Assembly (NCBI GenBank): GCA_020723485.1
Contig: DYIU01000001.1
Span: 646,265 to 710,264, forward strand
From: Acidimicrobium ferrooxidans
GTDB taxonomy: Bacteria; Actinomycetota; Geothermincolia; Fen-727; Anoxymicrobiaceae
DNA length: 64,000 bases
Direction of reading: 5' to 3'
Shown here: piece after piece, positions 38,584 to 48,093 of the stretch
Position numbering within the stretch: position 1 is the first letter of the stretch
How the letters are laid out: each line of letters starts with the position of its first letter
The notes under the pieces: model-generated
What the model was told of the DNA's origin: nothing
Database searches by the model: none
The model's input: only the letters and a program-made list of their open reading frames with translations
Position numbers and translations under genes: made by a program

Positions 38584-39321
38584 CTACATGTTCAATATCT
38601 TCTTGAGTTCCGAGCTCTGGCGTCGGCTCATCGGTATCTTGCTCTGCCCGGGGTCGTTCATGGTGAGCTCGTACGAGGAGGTGCCTATCCTGGTGATGGC
38701 TTTGACCTTCTGCAGGTTGACGATGTAACCCCGGTGGGCGCGGAAGAACTTGAGCGGGTCGAGCATCCGTTCGAGTTCAGCAAGGGTATGGTTGGTCAGG
38801 AACCGGTCGTTATCGGTATGCAGGTACGTGTACTCGCGCTGGATGTTGATGAAGTTTATGTCGTCCACGTTGACGAGGTAGATCTTGTCGCCCTTCCTCG
38901 CCGGTATCTGCGGCCTCGTGGAGTCGCGATATGTCGTCCTCTCGGAGCGCTTCAACACCGCCTCGACCCGGGCCATCAATTCAAGCGCGCTGAAAGGCTT
39001 GGTGACATAGTCGTCGGCCCCGCCCCGCAGTCCCTGGACCTTGGACTTCTCGTCGGCGAGCGCGGTGAGCATTATTATCGGGAGGTCCCTGCTCTTGGGA
39101 TCGTCGCGCAGACGGGTCAGCACCTCCCACCCATCGATCTTGGGCAGGAGCACGTCGAGCAGCACGAGGTCGGGATTGGCCTCCTTGACCTTCTTGAGGC
39201 CTTCCTCGCCGGTCGCCGCCGATTCCACGAGGTAACCCTCGAGCCTCAGGCTCTTCGTTATCATCTCGCTGATGAGAGGCTCGTCCTCTACAACGAGCAC
39301 CCGCAGCTTCTCCCCGTTCAT
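38584..39321 (-). CDS. LytTR-family response regulator (REC + LytTR)
   Basis: VVEDE, LLD and KPF receiver motifs; FFRAHRGYIVNL and IPMSRR LytTR motifs. Confidence 0.92.
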   Translation of the reverse strand: MNGEKLRVLVVEDEPLISEMITKSLRLEGYLVESAATGEEGLKKVKEANPDLVLLDVLLPKIDGWEVLTRLRDDPKSRDLPIIMLTALADEKSKVQGLRGGADDYVTKPFSALELMARVEAVLKRSERTTYRDSTRPQIPARKGDKIYLVNVDDINFINIQREYTYLHTDNDRFLTNHTLAELERMLDPLKFFRAHRGYIVNLQKVKAITRIGTSSYELTMNDPGQSKIPMSRRQSSELKKILNM

Positions 39322-39466
39322 TTCACCTTTCACGCCGCCCGGGACTCCGCCGACCGGACAGGGTCATCGATAGAACTTGCTCGCATGAGACGTGGCTTGC
39401 CGCTCCCGCTCCGCATCATCGGCCTCGTGCCGTTCGCATAGGCCGCTCCGGCACAGCCGATAATGG

Positions 39467-39493
39467 ATTATAACACAGGCCGATAGCTGTCAA
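39467..39493 (-). promoter_or_regulatory. Promoter of the LytTR regulator
   Basis: Extended -10 TGtTATAAT; TTGACA lies only 15 nt upstream, which is short. Confidence 0.45.
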
Positions 39494-39637
39494 AGATGTC
39501 GCTCGGCAACCAGGCCTCGCGGGCGTTCCGGGCGGGCCTCGACGGTTAATCGAAAATTAACACGAGAGTAAGGGAACGTTAACGCCACGGAGCGATACTC
39601 GATCCAGGAGCTCCAGAGAAACGGTCAAAGGAGTCTG

Positions 39638-40255
39638 ATGGAGATGAGTGAGAAGACAGACCCGGACGTCCGGATTGAGAACGGTGCCACCCGTCCGGAA
39701 CCGGACGCGGCCCAGCCCGTGGCGCCGGGCACTGCCGGAAGTAGAGGACAGGGGAGCGGCGGCAAGATGCTTATCGGCCTGGGCATCGCTGTCCTCTCTG
39801 TGGTGGTAATCGCCGCTTCATTCGGCCTGGGCTACGCTATAGGGCACCGGGATGAAGGTGTGCCTCAGCTCGGCCGCGCCCTTAGACAGAACGCGCTGGA
39901 CGGAATCGCCGGCGGAGCAGGGAAACAGGGCGCCCAAGATGCGGGTGTGCGCGGACGCCTCCGCCAGATGGTCGCGAGCGGAGAGGCGAGCGTGGTGAGA
40001 GGCAGCGTCGCCTCGGTCGAGGACGGGGCCGTTACGGTCGATACGCCGGATGGTCAGCAGACCGTCAGCCTCACCGACCGGACCAGGTACCTGGTGGCCG
40101 GAGGCGGCGCGTCCGGCGGAGGCCCCGGCGCCATGGAGCCGGGACAGCAGGTCCAGGTGCTTGCGCGCAAGGCGGGTGACGGGAGTCTGAGCGCCGTCGC
40201 CGTGCGGATGGGCACAGATAGGATGAAGCCGGAAAAGCAGGATAAGGAGCAGTAG
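39638..40255 (+). CDS. Membrane protein with DUF5666-like OB domain
   Basis: One TM; G.V..V..T.V..TD.T..GQQVQV pattern; AAGGAG RBS. Confidence 0.6.
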   Translation: MEMSEKTDPDVRIENGATRPEPDAAQPVAPGTAGSRGQGSGGKMLIGLGIAVLSVVVIAASFGLGYAIGHRDEGVPQLGRALRQNALDGIAGGAGKQGAQDAGVRGRLRQMVASGEASVVRGSVASVEDGAVTVDTPDGQQTVSLTDRTRYLVAGGGASGGGPGAMEPGQQVQVLARKAGDGSLSAVAVRMGTDRMKPEKQDKEQ

Positions 40256-40278
40256 AGCCTGAAGGACCTGGAACGGGC

Positions 40279-40755
40279 CTACCCGTTTTCGGGCGCGGCG
40301 GACGCTCCCGCCGCTTCCCGCTTGTCCGCCTCCGAGTACGCCTGCGCCACGAAGTATATGGCGCGGTCGAAGTAGAGGACGACACGGTTGTTGAGCTCGA
40401 GCGCCTGGTAGAGCTCGAGGTTCACGTTGAGGAACCCCTCCTGCATCACGAAAAGCCAGATCTGGCGCTTGAGCAGGAGGAGCGCCATGACGACCTCCTC
40501 CACCTCGTAGCCCTGAGCCCTCCTCGCCTCGCCTATCCTGCGGTAGAAGGACGCGAGCCGCTCCCTCGGCAGCCGCTTTCCCAGGAAGTAGCCGATGCGC
40601 TGGCAGATGTTTGCCGCCCTCTCCGTGAGGTCCTCGCGCGAGACGTTCCAGTAGGAGCGGGTATAAGGGGACGTCGTGACCTCGTCCACCCACTTGTCGG
40701 CGATTATGTCCGAGTTCTTCTCGATGATCTTTATGAGCTTCGTCGCGATTACCAT
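40279..40755 (-). CDS. Hypothetical globin/RsbRD_N-like helical protein
   Basis: IADKW..IG..RRAQG..EVV.A..LKRQIW..FDRAIY pattern. Confidence 0.6.
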   Translation of the reverse strand: MVIATKLIKIIEKNSDIIADKWVDEVTTSPYTRSYWNVSREDLTERAANICQRIGYFLGKRLPRERLASFYRRIGEARRAQGYEVEEVVMALLLLKRQIWLFVMQEGFLNVNLELYQALELNNRVVLYFDRAIYFVAQAYSEADKREAAGASAAPENG

Positions 40756-40855
40756 GGTGGTCCCTTCGAGAGGACTTGCGGATTCACTCTATTCGAATGC
40801 ATAGATTTTATTGGAATGCTCTGGGCGTGGCAAATCCTCAGCTCGGGTGGTCGTC

Positions 40856-42868
40856 TCACCTGGCGGAGCGAGGCACCACGGCCGGCTCGCGCGCCATCGA
40901 GCGGTCCACCTTGTCCAGGATGGACTCGCCGCTCAGGTTGAATGCCGGGTAGTAAGCGCCTCCCATCGCCTCCGCGAGGCGCCAGGCCGAGCTCGGCTTG
41001 CCCGGTATCATCGTGGTTGGAGCGCTGTCGAGGGTGACGGAGCTGATCCCGCGCTCGCGGATCTCACGCGCTATGTCCAGCGCCTCCGCCATGGGGTCGG
41101 TCGACCCCATCGTAACGTTGCCGCCGCCGTCGGATATGAGCACCAGGACGGGGAACGGTCGCGGCGTGCGCGAAAGCTCCCGCTCCAGCACCTTGCACCC
41201 CAGCGACAGCCCGTGGGAGAGCGGGGTGGTCCCCCCCGGGGAAAGCTCGGACAGCAGTCTGCTGGCAAGCGCCTTGCTGGAGGTCGGGCTCATCACCAGC
41301 TGGGCGGCGTCATCCTTGAATACGACCAGGCCCACGCGGTCCCGCTTCTGGTAAGCCTCGACAAGCAATGACAGTATGGCCTGCCTGGCGGCCTCCAGTC
41401 TCTGCATCGCCCCCATCGACGCGCTGGCGTCCACCACAAAGACTATCGAGGCCCCGCACCTGCGCTTCCTCAGCTTCACACGCAGGTCCTCGGGGAGCAC
41501 GTCCGGCGTGCCGTCGGGAGCGGCTCCGCCCCTCGCGGCCGTCGCCCTGAGCGTCGCGTCGAGCGCGATGTCCGAGCCAGTGAGCTGCCTCCTGGCGGCA
41601 CGGGGCGGCGCGCTCCTGTAGTAGCGGCCCCTGGAGTCGTCGGACTGCTGGTTGCCGCGCTTGCCCGGCATCTTCCCGTTCGCCTCCCTGTCGGGGAGGC
41701 TGGTCTCCTCGAACGCGGTGGGAGAACCGGAAGGCGGCTGCTGGATGCGCACCCTCTTCTCCTTCGAGTCCTCGCCGGCGGTAGTAGCGCGCTGTGACCT
41801 GCCCATCGAAGCGACCGCGGCAGGGCCCGCCTGTGCCGCCGCCTGGCGCACAAGGGCGCCGGTGTCCAGTTTCTGGCCGTTCCCCGACCTGGCCGGCGAC
41901 CTTCGCACCCTGTGGTTGAGCGCGAGTCCCGCGACGCTCTCCAGGTGCTCAACACGCACGGTATCCCGGCCCTCGAGGGCGGCGAGAGCCCTTGCCGCGT
42001 GAACCATGGCGATGTCGGCCCTGTGGCCGTCGGCCCTGGCCGCCTCCACAAGCTTCGCCACCACCTCGAGGATCTCGTCCGGGACCTCCACCTCAGGGTA
42101 TGCCTGCCTGGCCCCCACCAGCCTGTTCCGGAGTACCTCCTGGGAACTGTGCCACCTCGACTCGAACTCGACCGGGTTCTTCCTGAACTGGATGTTCCGG
42201 CGCAGTATCTCGGCCCGGTCCTCCGCGCCCACCTCGTCGTCCACCTCCGCGCACAGGCCGAACCGGTCCTCGAGCTGCGGCCTGAGGTCTCCCTCCTCGG
42301 GGTTCATGGTCCCGACCAGGATAAAGCTGGCGCCGTGCTTGAAGGAGATGCCCTCGCGCTCCACGACGTTGACTCCCATCGCCGCCGAGTCGAGCAGCAC
42401 GTCCACCAGGTGGTCCTCGAGCAGGTTGACCTCGTCCACGTACAGTATCGAGCGGTTCGCCTTTGCGAGGATACCGGGCTCGAAGGTCTTCTCCCCGTGG
42501 CGCAGCGCCTTCTCGAAGTCGAGCGTCCCGACCACCATCTCCTCTGTAGCGTTGAGGGGAAGGGTGACCACCTTCATGCGGGTGGTGGCGGATTTGAGCG
42601 AGCCTTCCATCGCGAGGGTCCCGGCGCAGTAGCCGCAGAGCGACTCGAGGTCCGACGGGTCGCAGGAGAACGGGCAGTCGCTCACCACCTCAATCTCCGG
42701 GAGGAGGTAGGCCACCGCCCTGGCGAGCGTCGACTTGGCGGTGCCGCGGCTCCCCCTGATGAGGACGCCGCCGACCTCGTGGCTGACGGCGTTGAGCAGC
42801 AGCGCCTGCTTGACCTGCTCCTGGCCGACCACCGCCGTGAAAGGGTAAACGATTTCCTGCCTGTGCAA
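40856..42868 (-). CDS. Chelatase subunit D-like AAA+ ATPase with vWA domain (ChlD/BchD family)
   Basis: [46 protein letters not shown]; TTG at 42868 after GGAGAGG. Confidence 0.88.
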   Translation of the reverse strand: MHRQEIVYPFTAVVGQEQVKQALLLNAVSHEVGGVLIRGSRGTAKSTLARAVAYLLPEIEVVSDCPFSCDPSDLESLCGYCAGTLAMEGSLKSATTRMKVVTLPLNATEEMVVGTLDFEKALRHGEKTFEPGILAKANRSILYVDEVNLLEDHLVDVLLDSAAMGVNVVEREGISFKHGASFILVGTMNPEEGDLRPQLEDRFGLCAEVDDEVGAEDRAEILRRNIQFRKNPVEFESRWHSSQEVLRNRLVGARQAYPEVEVPDEILEVVAKLVEAARADGHRADIAMVHAARALAALEGRDTVRVEHLESVAGLALNHRVRRSPARSGNGQKLDTGALVRQAAAQAGPAAVASMGRSQRATTAGEDSKEKRVRIQQPPSGSPTAFEETSLPDREANGKMPGKRGNQQSDDSRGRYYRSAPPRAARRQLTGSDIALDATLRATAARGGAAPDGTPDVLPEDLRVKLRKRRCGASIVFVVDASASMGAMQRLEAARQAILSLLVEAYQKRDRVGLVVFKDDAAQLVMSPTSSKALASRLLSELSPGGTTPLSHGLSLGCKVLERELSRTPRPFPVLVLISDGGGNVTMGSTDPMAEALDIAREIRERGISSVTLDSAPTTMIPGKPSSAWRLAEAMGGAYYPAFNLSGESILDKVDRSMAREPAVVPRSAR

Positions 42869-43062
42869 TACCTCTCCCCTCGTCCGGGCACCCTGAAACG
42901 CTGAAACGCACATATTGGTGCGATTTCAACGATGAACCTCAATATATAGATTCACCTCCCGGTCGAGGGTGTCCTTTTCAGCGGCTGTCGGGCAGGTCCG
43001 GAGCCTGCTGAAGGACGGGCTGTCGCGGGGGTCGAAGTTATCTATCGATTGAGGGGTTGCGT

Positions 43063-43156
43063 TTGAAGACCCGGGCCGGCTGTGTTAAAATTCGCCCTGA
43101 TTTGCTAATCAGAGCGAACCAAGAAAGTTGAACCGACGACCGCCTCTCTGTATAAT
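43063..43156 (+). promoter_or_regulatory. Two tandem sigma70-type promoters for the NlpC/P60 gene
   Basis: TTGAAG-17-TAAAAT (43063-43091, extended TG) and TTGAAC-17-TATAAT (43128-43156). Confidence 0.65.
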
Positions 43157-43220
43157 ACCCGGGTCCAAGAGCACGGAACCGGTTTGTGCAGAGAGACAGA
43201 AGATCAGGGGGTTAGATAGC

Positions 43221-44252
43221 ATCTTAACGAAAAGGCCAAGAACGGAGATTCTCCTGGGGGCGGCACTGATCGTTATGCTTGTCCTGACGGCGGTCCCCGG
43301 CGCACTGGCCCAGACGGCCAACCAGCGCCAGACCGACGCCAAGAAAGAGGTTGAAAGACTCCAGCAGAAGATGGAGGACGCAGTCGAGCGCTACAACTAC
43401 GCGTGCTCCAAGCTCGAGAACACCCGTGCGCAGATATCTGAGAACAAAGAGAAGCTCACCGCAGCCGAGCAGGAACTGGCGGCGAACAAGGCCAGGCTCA
43501 ACAGCCGAGTCCGGGCCATGTACGTGAACCAGCGCAGCAACTTCGTAGAGGTCGTCGTCAACGCCGGCGACTTCGACTCCTTCCTGGTGGGGCTCGACCT
43601 GGTGAAGAGGGTCGGCCAGAAAGACGCGAACCTGGTGCGCCAGGTGAAAGACGCGAAGGCCAAGCTCGAGCAGGCGCGAGCTTCCCTGCAGGAGCAGAAG
43701 GCGGCGCAGGAGGCCGCTAAGCAGGAGATAGCCTCGGCCAAGTCCAGCGTCGAGGGTGAGCTCGCGAACGCTCAGGGGCAGCTGGCCAACGTCGAGGCCG
43801 AGATACGCGCAGCGATGTCGCGCCGCGCCTCCGAGTCCAGCTCTTCCAGCAGCTCCACCAGGGCTGCTTACGACCCGACGGCGCGCAGGTCCAGGCCGCC
43901 GGGAGCGCCCAACGGCGGAGTGGTCGGCGTGGCCTACGACCAGCTCGGCAAGCCGTACGTGTGGGGGGCCGCGGGCCCTAACTCGTTCGACTGCTCCGGG
44001 CTGACCATGTACTGCTACAGGGTCGGGGCGGGCATATCCATATCTCACAGCTCCTACGCGCAGGCGTACTGCGGCGTGGCGGTCAGCGTCAGCGAGCTGG
44101 CTCCAGGTGACATCCTCGGGTTCCGGGGCTGGGGCCACGTCGGACTTTATGTCGGCGGCGGCGAGTTCATACACGCGCCCCACTCGGGAGACGTGGTGAG
44201 GGTCGCATCGCTGGCAGCGAGAAGCAACTTCTGCGGGGCCGTAAGGCCTTGA
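43221..44252 (+). CDS. Secreted coiled-coil NlpC/P60 peptidoglycan endopeptidase (CwlO/RipA-like)
   Basis: Signal peptide ending ALA-Q, coiled coil, GKPYVWG..FDCSG..HVG..IHA. Start probably ATC 43221. Confidence 0.88.
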   Translation: MLTKRPRTEILLGAALIVMLVLTAVPGALAQTANQRQTDAKKEVERLQQKMEDAVERYNYACSKLENTRAQISENKEKLTAAEQELAANKARLNSRVRAMYVNQRSNFVEVVVNAGDFDSFLVGLDLVKRVGQKDANLVRQVKDAKAKLEQARASLQEQKAAQEAAKQEIASAKSSVEGELANAQGQLANVEAEIRAAMSRRASESSSSSSSTRAAYDPTARRSRPPGAPNGGVVGVAYDQLGKPYVWGAAGPNSFDCSGLTMYCYRVGAGISISHSSYAQAYCGVAVSVSELAPGDILGFRGWGHVGLYVGGGEFIHAPHSGDVVRVASLAARSNFCGAVRP

Positions 44253-44276
44253 GCGCATAGAGATACAGGTTTGTAC

Positions 44277-44301
44277 GAAAGGCCCCGGAAAGGGGCCTTT
44301 C
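44277..44301 (+). terminator. Hairpin/terminator after NlpC/P60
   Basis: GAAAGGCCCC-ggaaa-GGGGCCTTTC. Confidence 0.55.
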
Positions 44302-44329
44302 CCATCTCAAGCGGCGGAGGGTGGTACCG

Positions 44330-45367
44330 ATGTCGGACGCTGTCATCTTCTACGACCCCATATTCGAGGAGCACAAGACCGGCTACGGCCACCCGGAGAC
44401 CCCGGAGAGACTGCCGGTCGCCCTGAAGGCGCTGGAGGAATCGGGGCTCCTCGGGCAGGTCGAGATCAAGGCGCCACGCGACGCCACCGTCGAGGACATA
44501 GAGCTCGTCCACACGAGCGCCTACATAGCGCAGGTCCAGTCGATGGCCGAGAGGGGAGGCGGCCACCTCGACATGGACACCGCGCTCTCGGGGGATACCT
44601 ATGACGCGGCGCTCAAGGCTGCGGGCGCGCTGCTGGACAGCGTGGACGGGTGCCTGGACGGGAGCTTCTCCAGGTCGTTCTGCCTGGTCAGGCCCCCGGG
44701 GCACCATGCGCTGCCGATGCGCGGTATGGGTTTCTGCATCTTCAACAACATAGCCATCGCAGCTCGATACGCGATATCCCGGAAGGGGCTCTCCAGGGTG
44801 ATGATAGTCGACTGGGACGCCCACCACGGCAACGGTACCCAGGATGTCTTCTACGACGACGCCTCCGTGCTGTATGTCTCACTGCACCAGTATCCCCATT
44901 ACCCCGGCACGGGCTGGGTCGACGAGGTCGGCCACAAGGCGGGCAAGGGTTATACCATCAACTTCCCGTTTCCCAACGGGACAGGGGAAGAGCATTACTA
45001 CGAGGCCTTCGAGCGCGTGATACTGCCCGCCGGCCGGAAGTTCGATCCCGACTTTGTGATGATCTCAGCGGGGTACGACAGTCACGAGGGCGACCTCCTG
45101 TGCTCGATGCGGCTTAACGACCGCTCGTACAGGAGGATGACCGACTACCTGACCGGTCTGGCCGACGAAACCTGCGATGGTAGACTGCTGGCGACCCTCG
45201 AAGGCGGTTACAACCTCGGTGCTCAGGCGCGTGCGATAGTGCAGACCGTCGCCGGCCTCGCAGGCGTCGACATCCCCGGCAAGGACGAGGGGACCCAGCC
45301 TACCGCATACGTGGACAGGGCGAACGAGGTGATCCTCGAGGCCGCGCGACTCCAGGGCCTCGATTAG
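44330..45367 (+). CDS. Histone deacetylase-family protein
   Basis: HPE, RPPGHHA, GFC.FNN, DWDAHHGNGTQ and LEGGY motifs. Confidence 0.93.
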   Translation: MSDAVIFYDPIFEEHKTGYGHPETPERLPVALKALEESGLLGQVEIKAPRDATVEDIELVHTSAYIAQVQSMAERGGGHLDMDTALSGDTYDAALKAAGALLDSVDGCLDGSFSRSFCLVRPPGHHALPMRGMGFCIFNNIAIAARYAISRKGLSRVMIVDWDAHHGNGTQDVFYDDASVLYVSLHQYPHYPGTGWVDEVGHKAGKGYTINFPFPNGTGEEHYYEAFERVILPAGRKFDPDFVMISAGYDSHEGDLLCSMRLNDRSYRRMTDYLTGLADETCDGRLLATLEGGYNLGAQARAIVQTVAGLAGVDIPGKDEGTQPTAYVDRANEVILEAARLQGLD

Positions 45368-45456
45368 GCTCAAGGTGCCGCGCGGTTTAATCCGAATAAC
45401 TAAACGTCGGAGATAGGACGCAGCGTCAGCCGAACGTTGATCGAAAGGCGGTCGAG

Positions 45457-46554
45457 TTGGACATAAACGCTCTGCTCGCGACAGCCGTCGAGCAGAAAGC
45501 ATCGGACATACACATCAAGGCGGGCAGCCCGCCGTACCTGAGGGTCGACGGGACACTCTACGAGGCCGACTTCCCCAGGCTCTCGCCCACCGACGTCGTC
45601 GAGATAGCGTTCTCTCTGATGGACGAGAAGCAGGCCCGGGCGTTCCACGACACCAACGAGGCCGACTTCGCCTACAGCGTCGCCGGGCTCGGGCGGTTCA
45701 GGGCGAACATCTTCAAGCAGAGGGGGACCATAGGGATCGCCATCCGGCGGGTGCTCACGAAGAAGATCCCGAGCTTCGAGGAGCTTGGCCTGCCCCCGGT
45801 GATGAAGCGGATCGCTGACGAGGCGCGCGGGCTCGTTCTCATCACGGGGCCGACCGGAAGCGGGAAGACGACCACGCTCGCTTCGGTCGTGGACTGGCTG
45901 AACGAGAACCAGCGCCTGAACATCATCACCATCGAGGACCCAATCGAGATATTGCACATCGACAAGAAGTGCATCGTGCACCAGCGCGAGATCGGCACCG
46001 ACACCGAGTCGTACAGGGAGGCGCTCCGCCACGTGACGCGCCAGGACCCGGACGTCATACTCATCGGGGAGATGAGGGACGTTGAGACCGTGACGTCCGC
46101 CATGAACATCGCCATGACAGGTCACCTGGTCCTCTCGACTTTCCATACCCAGGACACCACCGAGACCGTGAACCGCATGATCGACTTCTTCCCGCCGCAG
46201 CAGCAGAAGCAGGTGCGCATAACGCTCACCAGCACGCTCGGCGGGGTCATCAGCCAGATACTACTTCCGAGGTGCGACACGGCCGGCCGGGTGCCCGCGG
46301 TCGAGGTCATGGTCATGAACGGCAGGCTGGCGGAGTGCCTGCTGAACGAGGAGCCGACCATGGTGATGCGCGAGATAATCGCCGACGGTGAGTTCTACGG
46401 GATGCAGACGTTCAACCAGTCGCTGGTCTCGCTCTACGCGGACGGCCTCGTCGACTTCCAGACCGCCCTGAAGGCGTCGAACCAGCCCCACGACTTCATC
46501 CTGATGGCAAAGCAGATGGGCCTCCCTGTGGAGGAGACCCTGGCCATCCGCTAG
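45457..46554 (+). CDS. pilT: Type IV pilus retraction ATPase, PilT/PilU family
   Basis: ASDIH, GPTGSGKTT, TIEDPIE, GEMRD, TGHLV and GMQT motifs. Confidence 0.88.
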   Translation: MDINALLATAVEQKASDIHIKAGSPPYLRVDGTLYEADFPRLSPTDVVEIAFSLMDEKQARAFHDTNEADFAYSVAGLGRFRANIFKQRGTIGIAIRRVLTKKIPSFEELGLPPVMKRIADEARGLVLITGPTGSGKTTTLASVVDWLNENQRLNIITIEDPIEILHIDKKCIVHQREIGTDTESYREALRHVTRQDPDVILIGEMRDVETVTSAMNIAMTGHLVLSTFHTQDTTETVNRMIDFFPPQQQKQVRITLTSTLGGVISQILLPRCDTAGRVPAVEVMVMNGRLAECLLNEEPTMVMREIIADGEFYGMQTFNQSLVSLYADGLVDFQTALKASNQPHDFILMAKQMGLPVEETLAIR

Positions 46555-47969
46555 GGTTGGGCGACGGCCCTGTTGCGGCCGTTCTCCTTTGCCGAGTAGA
46601 GCGCCCTGTCGGCTGCCGCCACGATGTCCCTCATCTCGAGGTCGTTCCGAGCGAACCATGAGACCCCCGCGCTCAGCGTCACACCGAGGCCGGCAGTCGC
46701 ACCCGGCGGCACGATGTCAAGGCGCTCGACCTCAGCGCGCAGCTTCTCCATGAGCTCGAGGGCGTCCTGCCAGTCGGTCTCCGGCAGCAGTATCGCGAAC
46801 TCGTCCCCGGCGTAGCGGTAGACACGGTCCACCTCGCGGCTGCCCTGCTCGAGCAGGCGCGCGACGGCGCGCAGCACCGCGTCCCCCGCCAGGTGGCCGT
46901 GGACGTCGTTGACCTGCTTGAAGCCGTCCACGTCGGCCATTATGAAGGAGAACGAGTGCTCGTACCGCCTCGAGCGGAGTATCTCCCGCTCCATGTCGCG
47001 GCAGAGCTGCCGGTAGTTGAACAGCCCGGTGAGGGGGTCCGTCACCGCGAGCAGGTTCACCTGCTCGAAGAGCGCGGACCTCTGCATGGCGAGCCCGAAC
47101 TGGTAGGCGATGGCCTGGGCGAGCTGCAGGTCCTCGTAGGAGAACGAGGCGGGTTCGGCCCTCCGAAGGTGCAGCACCCCCCGCAGGACCTCGCCGTCGG
47201 TTATGGGAATGCATATGCTCGAGCCCGAGGCCACCCGCGCCAGGTTCTCGCACTTGTTGTCGGTTGAGAGGTCCTCCACGGTCACCGCCTGCATCCTCCG
47301 GCAGGCAAGGCAGGAGGCGACATCGCCGCGGGTCTCCCACTTGCGCTTCATCTTGCCCAGTATCTCCGGGTCGTAACCGAACGAATCGGTGATGGACATG
47401 TGACCGGTCGCGTCCACGCTGTAGATGAGCCCCGAGTCGGCGCTGAATATCTTTCGGGCCTCATCGAGGCCGATGGTGAATATGTCGTGGAGCCTGTTCT
47501 CGGAGCCGATGGCGCTCATCACCGCGAGGAGCGCGTTGCCGCGCTCGAGCCACCTGCTGAGCTTGGCAGCCGCAGCCTGGCGCTCGGCCGCCAGCCGCTG
47601 CATGTCGAGGTAGATGCTGTGGGCGAGGTCGGTCAGAAGCGAGGCGAAGAACGTGATGAGCAGCCCGGTCACGGTAAACCTGGCCAGCACCGAGAACATG
47701 AAGAGGACGCTTCCCTCGTCGCGGAGGATGAGTTCGAGCGCCAGGGCGCCGATGACGGCCACCAGCACCGCGAACCGCCAGTAGCTCGTGGTGATGATGG
47801 AGACGAACCCCACCACGCCGGCCCCCGCGAGGATGACCAGCGCCGTGGCGTTCGATACACCGTATATACATATGAACAGCAGAAACGTCATCGCGGCGAA
47901 TGCGACCGCCGTCAGCACGGTGTTCCGCTGCAGCTCGTTCAGGTCTTCGATGCGCGTTCTCAGTCCCAT
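46551..47969 (-). CDS. Membrane GAF diguanylate cyclase
   Basis: 4 TM, GAF, TDPLTG, REVD I-site, YAGDEF. Confidence 0.88.
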   Translation of the reverse strand: MGLRTRIEDLNELQRNTVLTAVAFAAMTFLLFICIYGVSNATALVILAGAGVVGFVSIITTSYWRFAVLVAVIGALALELILRDEGSVLFMFSVLARFTVTGLLITFFASLLTDLAHSIYLDMQRLAAERQAAAAKLSRWLERGNALLAVMSAIGSENRLHDIFTIGLDEARKIFSADSGLIYSVDATGHMSITDSFGYDPEILGKMKRKWETRGDVASCLACRRMQAVTVEDLSTDNKCENLARVASGSSICIPITDGEVLRGVLHLRRAEPASFSYEDLQLAQAIAYQFGLAMQRSALFEQVNLLAVTDPLTGLFNYRQLCRDMEREILRSRRYEHSFSFIMADVDGFKQVNDVHGHLAGDAVLRAVARLLEQGSREVDRVYRYAGDEFAILLPETDWQDALELMEKLRAEVERLDIVPPGATAGLGVTLSAGVSWFARNDLEMRDIVAAADRALYSAKENGRNRAVAQP

Positions 47970-48093
47970 AAACGCCTAATGATGATTCTTGCCGGGGCCG
48001 CTGTCAATCTTGGACCAGTGCCATGATTATGACTCGAGCCGCGCGAGCAGGAGCGCACCATCGGTTCAGGCTTACCTTCAGACCCGACCCCGA

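Noticed and set aside
42914-43220. c-di-AMP riboswitch upstream of NlpC/P60
   Set aside because: No CCCGUCAGCUAAC-like motif, and the leaders from the predicted promoters are short.
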